Source of the DNA: a virus
IMG/VR virus record: IMGVR_UViG_3300015371_000003
Span: 32,001-96,000 of that record
Direction: 5' to 3' (one strand)
DNA: 64,000 bases
The notes under the pieces were generated by a model. It was given only the letters and a program-made list of their open reading frames with translations, did no database searches and was not told the DNA's origin. Shown in pieces: positions 1 through 8,332 of the stretch (its first letter is position 1; each line of letters opens with the position of its first letter). A program made the translations under genes and the position numbers.

Positions 1-1
1 G

Positions 2-118
2 CTAACGAACGACCGGCTGTGCGCGTTCTACGACACCGGGATGACCGGCATGCCCGTTACGCCGAATGGCGGGAACATCAACGTCACCGTACATGCTTCT
101 GGCTGGTTTTCCCTCTAG
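2..118 (+). CDS. 3' end of a phage virion structural protein (partial)
   Basis: Frame 2 reads LTNDRLCAFYDTGMTGMPVTPNGGNINVTVHASGWFSL*. The 'PVTPNGG.I.V...GxFxL' C-terminus is familiar from small virion proteins next to fibre genes. Confidence 0.55.
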   Translation, partial: LTNDRLCAFYDTGMTGMPVTPNGGNINVTVHASGWFSL

Positions 119-141
119 ATTTCATTGCTTTGAGGTAGGTC

Positions 142-1845
142 ATGCCGGATAAACGGGTCACGGAACTGACGGCGATTGACGCCGTGTCGGGGTCCGACCT
201 TGTAATGGTCGTGGATGATCCGGCAGGCACCCCCGTCAATAAGAAGGCTACTCAGACGCAAGTCTTGGCTCCGGCGGCGAAGTTAGCCGGTGGCAATGAT
301 TTCGTGGGCGACCAGACGATTGACGGGGATCTGACCGTGAGCGGCACCATTACGCCCTCACGTCGAGAAGAACAGCAACCGAAGATCGATCAACTCATCC
401 CCAAAGATACGCAGGGCGTGCGAACGTTGCTCTCCAAGTCCCTCGTGTCTGGGCTGGCGCTCCGGCATGATGAAGTGGCGGGGAACGCCCGCATCACGGT
501 GGGCAACTACGATACGCAGGTGTACGAACCGCTGCTCACCGAAGCGCAGAGCCTGCAAATCAAAACGGGTACGTATCCACCGGGGCTGGCGGAACACGTC
601 CGGGTGCATCCCTCTGGAGGGGTGACGGTTGGAGATGGGGCCGATCATGACACGGCACCGGGCGTCGGCGTTGTCGTCGCACGTGGACTCGTTGCGGCCA
701 GTGCGAGCATCGGCAGTCTCGGCAATACGCCGTTGGATGCCACGAAGATTCAAGGGATGCCGGGAGATGCCTCCAAGTTTCTGAATGGCACAGGAGGATG
801 GACGGCTCCGGCAGGCGGTGGTGGAGGAACAGGCGGTGTGCAGGGACCAGCGGGGGCTGTAGAGGGCAACATCACCGCATTCGCGGATGCGACGGGCCAA
901 TTCATCGGTGATTCGAATGTGCCGGTGACACAGGTGGCGCGGAAGGATCAGCAGAATGATTTTGTGACCCCGCAGGTGATTCATGGCACCACACCCCGAT
1001 TGCGGTTGACCGATGAGTCACAACCTGTCGGGAGTCAAGTGATTGAAGCGTGCAATTACAACCAGCAGTTCTATGTCCATGCGGCGGATGCCGCGAAGTT
1101 GATGTTTACGGTGAATCGCGTCGGCACGCTGGCCGTTGAGGGCGATGTGAATGCCAAGGGCAACGTCGTTCCGACCGGGCAAGTCTATCCGGGGCGTGTG
1201 GATACGCCGGGGGCACAAGGTTCGTGGTATCTCGGGTCACATGGCGCGTACGGCCTCTACACGAACACCGGCTTTTACATCAACGGCAGCGTGACGACGC
1301 CGGGGACCGTGACCGCAGGCGTAGTCGATGTGAACGGCGGACTGCTCTATGCCCGCCAAGGCTTGCGTGTTGGGTTGGATCCGCCGAATGGTACGGGCCT
1401 CTCGACGTGGCTGCTCGAATCGTCCAACCACATTCGGGCGCAGGGCGGCGTGTATGACTACGGGCGCAGCGTGCCGATGGGTGCTTGGACCGATTTTTCT
1501 CCTGCCTTTTATACCGCTGAAGGTGCGCCATGTGGCATTGTCCGATGGTTCTCCTCTCGTTATCAGATCGTTGGCAACACGATGACGATCATGTTGTTTC
1601 TGACCGTGAACATTCCCGCGCAGACAGGGTTCCTCTACTTCTACATGCCTGTCGGTCAATCAAACGTGCAGAGCGGAGGACCGCTTGTGACGGGATACAG
1701 CGGGGCAGGATTTGCAGCAGCTTGCTATTCGGTGACAGCCAATAACCCCACGATTTATTTGACGCGAGAGTTTGACGGCGGGGCATGGGGGCCGGGACCG
1801 GGCGAGCAATATCTCGTCGGTACTCTGATCCTTAGCATCGGCTGA
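142..1845 (+). CDS. Tail fibre/spike-like virion protein
   Basis: 567 aa, Gly-rich; N-terminus DKRVTELTA...NKKAT typical of fibre anchors; C-terminal receptor-binding-like beta domain; SD gaggt upstream. Confidence 0.6.
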   Translation: MPDKRVTELTAIDAVSGSDLVMVVDDPAGTPVNKKATQTQVLAPAAKLAGGNDFVGDQTIDGDLTVSGTITPSRREEQQPKIDQLIPKDTQGVRTLLSKSLVSGLALRHDEVAGNARITVGNYDTQVYEPLLTEAQSLQIKTGTYPPGLAEHVRVHPSGGVTVGDGADHDTAPGVGVVVARGLVAASASIGSLGNTPLDATKIQGMPGDASKFLNGTGGWTAPAGGGGGTGGVQGPAGAVEGNITAFADATGQFIGDSNVPVTQVARKDQQNDFVTPQVIHGTTPRLRLTDESQPVGSQVIEACNYNQQFYVHAADAAKLMFTVNRVGTLAVEGDVNAKGNVVPTGQVYPGRVDTPGAQGSWYLGSHGAYGLYTNTGFYINGSVTTPGTVTAGVVDVNGGLLYARQGLRVGLDPPNGTGLSTWLLESSNHIRAQGGVYDYGRSVPMGAWTDFSPAFYTAEGAPCGIVRWFSSRYQIVGNTMTIMLFLTVNIPAQTGFLYFYMPVGQSNVQSGGPLVTGYSGAGFAAACYSVTANNPTIYLTREFDGGAWGPGPGEQYLVGTLILSIG

Positions 1846-1852
1846 TTGCCTG

Positions 1853-2038
1853 ATGGCTGAGAGCACCCATCCACTGCGCGAGCGTCCGGATTTGACGCTA
1901 GAGCAGCAGGTACAGGTTTACCGCGAAGTCTGTGCCCGCTTGATGGACTTTGTGTGGTGGCGCGTCAAGCTCACGGAGGAGCAACGGCAAGCCTATCGTG
2001 ATGAAGGGTTCTCCGACATCGAGTTGGACGAACTGTAA
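1853..2038 (+). CDS. Small hypothetical protein (possible fibre chaperone)
   Basis: 61 aa ORF directly after the fibre gene; its stop overlaps the next ATG (TAATG). Confidence 0.5.
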   Translation: MAESTHPLRERPDLTLEQQVQVYREVCARLMDFVWWRVKLTEEQRQAYRDEGFSDIELDEL

Positions 2039-2052
2039 TGGCGACCAAAACT

Positions 2053-2490
2053 TCACGCCACACCGCGTTTGTTCCAAGGCGTTTTGCCACGCACCGCCGT
2101 CGCATGGTGAGCGACGTGTTCAGGGGTTTGCTTGTGACCCTTGAGCGCGGCGGCAATCGCCGCACGATGCGCGGGGCTTTTCGGAACACCCTTTCCGCCA
2201 CGTCCCATGCGTCGATACCCCTCGCGGATTGCGTCAGCGTGGAACTTGCGAAGATGTTCGCTGTGAGACGAACAGAGGGCCAGATTCTCCAGTCGGTTGT
2301 CGGTCTTGTTCTCGTTCAGGTGATGAACGCAGTTCCCATGTGGAATGGGTCCGTGGACGGCTTCCCAAATCACTCGATGCTCCAACTTCCATCGGTGCGA
2401 CCCGGCAATTTTGACCTCGATGTAGCCCTCTGGGTGCTCCCGCCGTGTGCCAACGGGCTTCGCGTTCCACGACGGGCTTTTGCCTGCCAT
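2053..2490 (-). CDS. Free-standing HNH homing endonuclease (HNH_3 plus NUMOD3-like tail)
   Basis: EHRVIWEAVHGPIP...VHHLNENKTDNRLENL HNH motif; basic C-terminal KSPAHRAAIA/QTPEH repeats; the only credible minus-strand gene. Confidence 0.85.
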   Translation of the reverse strand: MAGKSPSWNAKPVGTRREHPEGYIEVKIAGSHRWKLEHRVIWEAVHGPIPHGNCVHHLNENKTDNRLENLALCSSHSEHLRKFHADAIREGYRRMGRGGKGVPKSPAHRAAIAAALKGHKQTPEHVAHHATAVRGKTPWNKRGVA

Positions 2491-2516
2491 CTCTCTAGTA
2501 TATCGTCAGGTAAAAC

Positions 2517-5500
2517 GTGGCGGTAAAAACTTTCTATCTCACAGCGACAGTCAGTAGCGGGGCCGGTCTTGATCAAGGCTGGCGCACGCTGTCGGAAACG
2601 GCGCAGACGGCGGCGAACAACAGCGATGGGTGGGTGGTTGGCACGGGTGCGTCCAACGACTCGGAGTATAACGTCAATACGATACGGGCGTCCACGACGT
2701 TTGTCGGGACTACGGTGCCGGATGGCACGCTCGATCAGAGTCTGAAAGACGCCTTCCGCAGTACGAATCCCCTCAATGGCGCGTTTGTCACGGCGAATTG
2801 GACGTTCAATTTTGTGGTGCGCGGCTCGACGCAGGCAGGCACACAGGCGGGCCGTATTCGGTTCCGCGTCATCCGGGCCAATGCGGATGGGTCCGGGGGG
2901 ACGGAAATTACCAGCGGTATTCAGACGGCTTCGACGGTCACGATCACCAGCACGGGCACGGATTTCACGTCCTCACTCACTGTGTCGGTTCCGGGGGCGA
3001 GTTACGCCAACCAGTATCTGTTCATTCAGTTAGCATGGGAACGAACGGCAGCAGGCGGCATGACCACGACGGATGTGGTGTGGCGCACAGGCTCCTCCTC
3101 CTCTCTCGGCACGCGGATCGTGACCGCCGATTTCACGGCGGCTCAGTTACTCACGGGGTCAAGCGTCGGCGTCATGGACGACTACAGCGGGCCTGCGGGT
3201 GTCACGCTGCCCGATACCACGAATCAAGTTAGTAGCACGCTTTCGGCGGGCCAGACGTTCACGGGCAACGGTCAAGCCGTGCAATCAGTTGCCTTCTTCA
3301 TCTATCGGGATGGGTTGGCGACCGGCAATGTTCGCTTTGCCATTTACGCGACGAGTAGCGGGTTGCCCACAGGGACGGCGCTTGATTCTGTGACGATGAG
3401 TGTCAGTCCGTTCCAACCGGGGGGCTTGTCGGCCTCGGAATGGGTGACGGGGCGGCTCTCGGGCACGGTGGTGTTGACGAATGGCGTGACGTACGCGGCG
3501 GTGGTGGAGAGTGTGACACTCAGCGGTGGGTCTGTGTTTCTCGGCACCCTCGCAGCCGGGGCGCATGCGGGCAAGGCGGTGAGTTTCAACGGCTCCACAT
3601 GGTCCAATCCCGGCGGAGGGGCGCAGGATACGTTGTTTGTGGCGGGGTTCCGCACGACCAGTCTGAATGCGCCAACGATCACGCCACCGGTTGCTACGGT
3701 TACGACGGCGACGATTGCGAGTGGCAACACGCGGTTTGCGCCGACTATGGCCGGGGCTGGTGGTGGCGGGGGTGGGACAGCCACTGTTCTGAAAGTCCAA
3801 GTCAAGACGATTGGGCAGTCGTCTGACACCACGACGATCACGCTCGACTCGACACCCACGGTGGGGAATCTCCTGTGGGCGTACGTGCATTACTTCCCCG
3901 ATGTGAATTACCACTCGACGCCTCCCGCCGGGTGGACGACGGAGCGTGACACGCGCACGGGACCGGCCAGCTATCTGGCCGTCTACAGCCGTGTGGTGCA
4001 GAGCGGCGACGGCACGAGCTATACGTGGAATTTTGACTATCTGGGCAGTCCGAACGCGCAGGGGAACATCATCATCCTCTACGAATTTTCAGGAGCCGAT
4101 CCCACAACACCGCTCGACGGTGGGAGCGTCACTGGCTTCACCTCTGATACGACACCGGATGGCACGTCAGTCACACCCTCGAAGGCAGGCTGTAAGCCGA
4201 TCAGCGTCATCCAGACGGATGGCTGGCAGACCACTTCGCTTGCCAGTAGCGACGGCACGACGTTCACGAAGGATGTAGACCAAGGCGCGGGCGGCGATTT
4301 GGGGGCCGCTCTTGGTACGTTGTCCACCACCGCTGCAATCAATTGCCACTGGAATATCGATGTGGCCCTGTCAGGCAAGGTGACGGTTGATCTGATTCGT
4401 CCAGCGACTACCGGAGCCGCTGATCAAGCGGTCACAGGTGCGAATTGTTCGTCAGGTGTGACGGTGTACACCCCCACTGTTGCATTGGCGAGTGGTTCGC
4501 AGAGCGTCACCAGTGGCACGGTGGCGTCGTCAACGGTGCTGTACGGGCCAACTGTCTCCATCGTCTGGAAGTTTCTCGGCCATGTCACGGTGCAGGGTGA
4601 CGGAGGTACAACGCCTTCACTCGACACGACCGGGGCCGATTTGATCGTCGTTCACGGGGCATACAAGCACGGCACGTATCTCCTGATCACCGACAACAAG
4701 GGCAACACGTGGTTCCCCACCTCAGCGCAATTTGTGACGAGCACGATTGCCACGGCGTTTCGGTGGTGTCAGCCGACTGGCAGTGGGCGAGGGGCGGGAC
4801 ACACCTTCTCGGTGGAGAGTCCGGGCGGCGGGCCGGTCATCCATGTGTTCGCGTTCAAAGGGGCTGCAACAACCCCGTGGAAAACGTTCACGGATCTGCG
4901 GACACATCCCTCGTTTGGAAACTTGGTCGCATCGGCGTCACATCCCTTCAGTTCCGCTGATGTCGGCAATGTCATTCACATCACAGGCGGCTCGGGGTGG
5001 ACGCCCGGCTACTGGACGATCAACGGCACGTCCTCAGTTGGCGGCGTCATCTACGTCACGCTTGGCAACATCATTGGTGGTGGCGGGGATCCCGCGAGTG
5101 CCGGAGTCACTGGCGGCATCGGGGAATTGGGTGCAGTGTTTGAATCGACAGGTGGTGCCAGCGGGTCAAGCATCACGTCGTTGCCCGTGCCGTGGCTGAC
5201 ACCCCGCGATGTCAATGGCCTGATTCTCGGCGGGTACGCGAAGGGCACGTCGTCTGGTGATGTCACCGGCAGCGGCGGATTTCCAGCCGCGAACACGTTT
5301 ACCACGCCGTACTCCGCGACCGCGCCCGACATGGGCGGAGGTGCTGGTTACGTCATCGATCCCGCCCGCACGACCATTGAAACACAGTGGGATTTCACAG
5401 CCGCAGCGACCGTTGCAGGCATCAACGTCGCGTTCCGGTCAGAATCACAGTTCAGCGTCACGACCGGTACGATTGGCCGCGCAGCAGGCGAATCGCTGCT

Positions 5501-6821
5501 TGAAGATGGCGATAACGTGCTGCTTGAAGATGGCAGCGTACTCCTGCTTGAATTGTGGGGAGGTGTCGCCCAAGTTTTTGCCCCGAGTGTCACCACTTCC
5601 GATGCCGTCATTACCGGCACGATTGTCAGCGGCTCCACGCCAAATGCCCCCACGATTACTGTTGGTGCGGTCGCTGTTACTGGAGCCACACGCGCTTCTA
5701 CGCTGCAATTGTTTGCGCCCTCTGTCGCCCCCGGAGCGGTCACGATTGCGGGGGCCACCCGTCCGACCACCCTTCAACTCTTTGCGCCGGTCCTTACGGG
5801 TCTGGTCACAGGGGCTACGATTCCGACCGGCAACCAGCGGTTTGCCCCCACTGTTGTTCAGAACGTCACCAACGGCACGATTACCTCGACGGTTCAGATT
5901 GCGGCTCCGACCGTTGGGCAAACCGTCAGCACGAGTCATCGTCCGAGTGGGCTGCAATTGAATGCACCCTCGTTGTCGGTGGGAGCGGTGTCGATCACTC
6001 TCCCGACGATTGCGAGTAGCCACCAGCTATTTGCGTTGTCGGTGAGTGCGGGGGCCGTCACGGTGGTCGGTGGTCCCATCGTGGCTGGTACGACACTGTT
6101 CCCACCCACGATTACGGGGGTATCGGTTGGGGGCATCGGCGGCGGGACGGTGGCGACCACGAGTCAGGTATTCCAACCCTCCATCGTCGGTGGGCTGCTC
6201 ATCATCGTTACGCCCACAATTGCCTCTGCGAGCACGGTGACACCTCCGAATGTCGCGCCGGGTGCGGTAACGGTCATTGGAGGTACCAGACCTTCCACCC
6301 TGCAAGTGTTTGCCCCCCTCGTGACACCGGGTGCGGTGGAGGTGTTGGGGAGCACGTGTCCCACGACGGAGCAATTGCATGCGCCTACGCTGACGGCCAC
6401 GTTGGTAGGGGGCACGATTGCGAGTGGCAGCGGAACAGACGCTCCGTCCGTCAGTCCGGTGGTGATGCTCCCGCTGATGAGCGTCTTTACGCGCATCTAT
6501 GCCCCAACTGTCATACCACCGGTTGTGTTGGTGGTGGAGGTAAGCACGATTCCCTCCGAAGCCGTGATGAACGGTCCCGAGTTGGAAGTCGGGGCGATCA
6601 CGATTTCTGGCGGGACGATTGCGGGGACAGAACTATTCCCGCCGATTATCTCCGGAGGCATTACACCGGGCACGTGCCTCACCGGGTGTCTGAAGGTGCG
6701 CTTTCTGATGATGAGTGGTGGGTTGACGTGCCGGACGCTGGTAGATGGTGCAATCAAGTGCAGACCACTCGTGAAAGCTGATATGCTCACCATTAGCTGT
6801 CGTAAAATGGAGCCGGTATGA
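2517..6821 (+). CDS. Large Ser/Thr/Gly-rich modular fibre/virion surface protein
   Basis: 1434 aa; several beta-rich modules separated by, and ending in, ~20-aa repeats of the form GxT(I/R)xSxxQ(L/V)FAPxV; LLEDG repeat motif. Confidence 0.65.
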   Translation: MAVKTFYLTATVSSGAGLDQGWRTLSETAQTAANNSDGWVVGTGASNDSEYNVNTIRASTTFVGTTVPDGTLDQSLKDAFRSTNPLNGAFVTANWTFNFVVRGSTQAGTQAGRIRFRVIRANADGSGGTEITSGIQTASTVTITSTGTDFTSSLTVSVPGASYANQYLFIQLAWERTAAGGMTTTDVVWRTGSSSSLGTRIVTADFTAAQLLTGSSVGVMDDYSGPAGVTLPDTTNQVSSTLSAGQTFTGNGQAVQSVAFFIYRDGLATGNVRFAIYATSSGLPTGTALDSVTMSVSPFQPGGLSASEWVTGRLSGTVVLTNGVTYAAVVESVTLSGGSVFLGTLAAGAHAGKAVSFNGSTWSNPGGGAQDTLFVAGFRTTSLNAPTITPPVATVTTATIASGNTRFAPTMAGAGGGGGGTATVLKVQVKTIGQSSDTTTITLDSTPTVGNLLWAYVHYFPDVNYHSTPPAGWTTERDTRTGPASYLAVYSRVVQSGDGTSYTWNFDYLGSPNAQGNIIILYEFSGADPTTPLDGGSVTGFTSDTTPDGTSVTPSKAGCKPISVIQTDGWQTTSLASSDGTTFTKDVDQGAGGDLGAALGTLSTTAAINCHWNIDVALSGKVTVDLIRPATTGAADQAVTGANCSSGVTVYTPTVALASGSQSVTSGTVASSTVLYGPTVSIVWKFLGHVTVQGDGGTTPSLDTTGADLIVVHGAYKHGTYLLITDNKGNTWFPTSAQFVTSTIATAFRWCQPTGSGRGAGHTFSVESPGGGPVIHVFAFKGAATTPWKTFTDLRTHPSFGNLVASASHPFSSADVGNVIHITGGSGWTPGYWTINGTSSVGGVIYVTLGNIIGGGGDPASAGVTGGIGELGAVFESTGGASGSSITSLPVPWLTPRDVNGLILGGYAKGTSSGDVTGSGGFPAANTFTTPYSATAPDMGGGAGYVIDPARTTIETQWDFTAAATVAGINVAFRSESQFSVTTGTIGRAAGESLLEDGDNVLLEDGSVLLLELWGGVAQVFAPSVTTSDAVITGTIVSGSTPNAPTITVGAVAVTGATRASTLQLFAPSVAPGAVTIAGATRPTTLQLFAPVLTGLVTGATIPTGNQRFAPTVVQNVTNGTITSTVQIAAPTVGQTVSTSHRPSGLQLNAPSLSVGAVSITLPTIASSHQLFALSVSAGAVTVVGGPIVAGTTLFPPTITGVSVGGIGGGTVATTSQVFQPSIVGGLLIIVTPTIASASTVTPPNVAPGAVTVIGGTRPSTLQVFAPLVTPGAVEVLGSTCPTTEQLHAPTLTATLVGGTIASGSGTDAPSVSPVVMLPLMSVFTRIYAPTVIPPVVLVVEVSTIPSEAVMNGPELEVGAITISGGTIAGTELFPPIISGGITPGTCLTGCLKVRFLMMSGGLTCRTLVDGAIKCRPLVKADMLTISCRKMEPV
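5560..6660 (+). repeat. Degenerate ~20-aa coding repeats (…T(I/R)xSxxQLFAPxV…)
   Basis: More than 10 imperfect copies in the translation, e.g. TRASTLQLFAPSV, TRPTTLQLFAPVL, TRPSTLQVFAPLV. Confidence 0.7.
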
Positions 6822-7123
6822 GACTGGTGTTGAAACGCGGCACGGATCAAATCGTGACGTTGACGGGGTTGCGAGCGACCGATACCCAAAGCTATTTGAA
6901 TACCGCAACGGTCAAGGGGACGCTGTTGGATCGGGGCCAACCGATCCCGGCGCTCAAAGATATCCCGATGACCTACGTGCCGGAGAGCAATGGCGATTAT
7001 GAGTGGCTGATTCTCGCGTCCCAATCGATGCTCCAAAAAAACGTGGAGTATTCACTGGTGGTGGTTGCACAGCAGGGGAGCTTGAACTACCGGACCACGA
7101 GTCCGGTGACGGTGGAGGACTGA
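6818..7123 (+). CDS. Small virion-associated hypothetical protein
   Basis: 101 aa, ATGA overlap with the upstream gene, beta-rich. Confidence 0.6.
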   Translation: MRLVLKRGTDQIVTLTGLRATDTQSYLNTATVKGTLLDRGQPIPALKDIPMTYVPESNGDYEWLILASQSMLQKNVEYSLVVVAQQGSLNYRTTSPVTVED

Positions 7124-7290
7124 TGAGTACCAAGCCTTCCATCCCACCACGCAAGAAAAAGAAGTCCAAGTTCATTGACGTGCTGAGGGCCACGCGTTTT
7201 CCCAAGCACGGGTTGCGGGGCGGGCAAGAAGTCCCAATGGATATTGACAAGATCAACGCTTCTCTCGACGCGGCGAATAAAAAGGAGTAG
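7123..7290 (+). CDS. Small basic hypothetical protein
   Basis: TGATG coupling, SD ggagg; MSTKPSIPPRKKKKSKFIDVL…. Confidence 0.5.
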   Translation: MSTKPSIPPRKKKKSKFIDVLRATRFPKHGLRGGQEVPMDIDKINASLDAANKKE

Positions 7291-7293
7291 GTG

Positions 7294-7659
7294 ATGCCTG
7301 CATACGGAACAGCGACTCCACAAACGCAGACGGCGGGCTGGCCGCAGGTCGTGTGGAACGATGAAGCGGTGGCGGCGTCGGGAAAGAGTCTCGCCATCGG
7401 CATGCGACGGAATTCGAATATGCCGAATTGCCTCTCCGTGGAAGTGATCTTTGCGTCCAGTCCGGGGACGTTTGGGGTGGATCTGGAAACCGCCGATACG
7501 GATCAAGACAAGTACTACACGGTCAAAGCCTCGTTGAGCACGGTGAACGCACAGTTTGCGGGGCGCATCGAGGCCGCCAATGTGGTGGCGAAATTTGCTC
7601 GACTCAAGATGACCTCGATCACGAATGCGTCCGTGCATGTGACCGCTCGGATCTTCTGA
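7294..7659 (+). CDS. Hypothetical protein (likely virion)
   Basis: About 121 aa, SD aaggag, stop coupled to the next ATG. Confidence 0.6.
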   Translation: MPAYGTATPQTQTAGWPQVVWNDEAVAASGKSLAIGMRRNSNMPNCLSVEVIFASSPGTFGVDLETADTDQDKYYTVKASLSTVNAQFAGRIEAANVVAKFARLKMTSITNASVHVTARIF

Positions 7660-8192
7660 TGTTCGCAGCCGTCCTAAAGTTTGACCCGGCACAGCCCCGC
7701 GATGCCAAAGGGCGGTGGGTTGATGAGGAGGGCACGACACACGTCGGTGCGTTTGTCGAGTTGTATCATGGGACCAGTAAACTGCGGGCCAACAAGATTC
7801 TCAAGAAGGGGTTGAAAATTCGAGCGGTGGCGAAGCAGACGATGGGTGGGGATCCGGAGTCGAGTCGTGATTACATCTGGCTTGCCAAACGCATGGAGTC
7901 AGCCAGACGATACTCGGAGATGCACATCAATCCAACGGTACTAAAGGTGCTTTTGCCGGTGACGGAGTACGAGGAGTTGCGACGGCTTCAGACGGGGCCA
8001 GATTCTGTCTGGACGAAGCAATCTATTCCGGCTAAGCATATCAGTTTGTTCAATCTGCAAGCAATTGCACAAAAAGGAGCGGATATGGCGTTGAAAATCC
8101 TGAAAAAAGCGGAGGCTCCGGCCCCCACTGTGAAAGCCGAGAAGCCTCCGGATTACGTGCGAATCCTGAAAGGCAAAAAAGGAGCCTCTTGA
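7659..8192 (+). CDS. Tagged ADP-ribosyltransferase-fold protein (KptA/Tpt1- or PARP-like)
   Basis: Start at the TGATG overlap (7659); N-terminal VLKFDPAQPRDAKGRW tag, then LYHGTS…KILKKGL…YIWLA…ARRYS…VLKV, an ART-fold pattern. Confidence 0.6.
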   Translation: MFAAVLKFDPAQPRDAKGRWVDEEGTTHVGAFVELYHGTSKLRANKILKKGLKIRAVAKQTMGGDPESSRDYIWLAKRMESARRYSEMHINPTVLKVLLPVTEYEELRRLQTGPDSVWTKQSIPAKHISLFNLQAIAQKGADMALKILKKAEAPAPTVKAEKPPDYVRILKGKKGAS

Positions 8193-8218
8193 CAAACGCC
8201 CCACGCTCATGCTACTGT
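8189..8218 (+). promoter_or_regulatory. sigma70-type promoter TTGACA-18-TACTGT
   Basis: Consensus -35 (overlapping the upstream TGA stop) and a TGn-extended -10. Confidence 0.55.
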
Positions 8219-8264
8219 GGTGAACAGGCGACAGGAGTGTCGAGCACAACCGGCGCAAGGTAAG

Positions 8265-8293
8265 TTGACAAACTTCCGGATAGGTGCTACACT
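8265..8293 (+). promoter_or_regulatory. sigma70-type early promoter TTGACA-17-TACACT
   Basis: Perfect -35, TGn-extended -10, upstream of the PPDK-like gene. Confidence 0.75.
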
Positions 8294-8332
8294 CGTTGTT
8301 GGTTGCAGTTCAACTCAATGGAGTGAGAGCAC

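Noticed and set aside
142-6821. Diversity-generating retroelement targeting the fibre genes
   Set aside because: No reverse transcriptase and no adenine-specific TR/VR repeat pair were seen.
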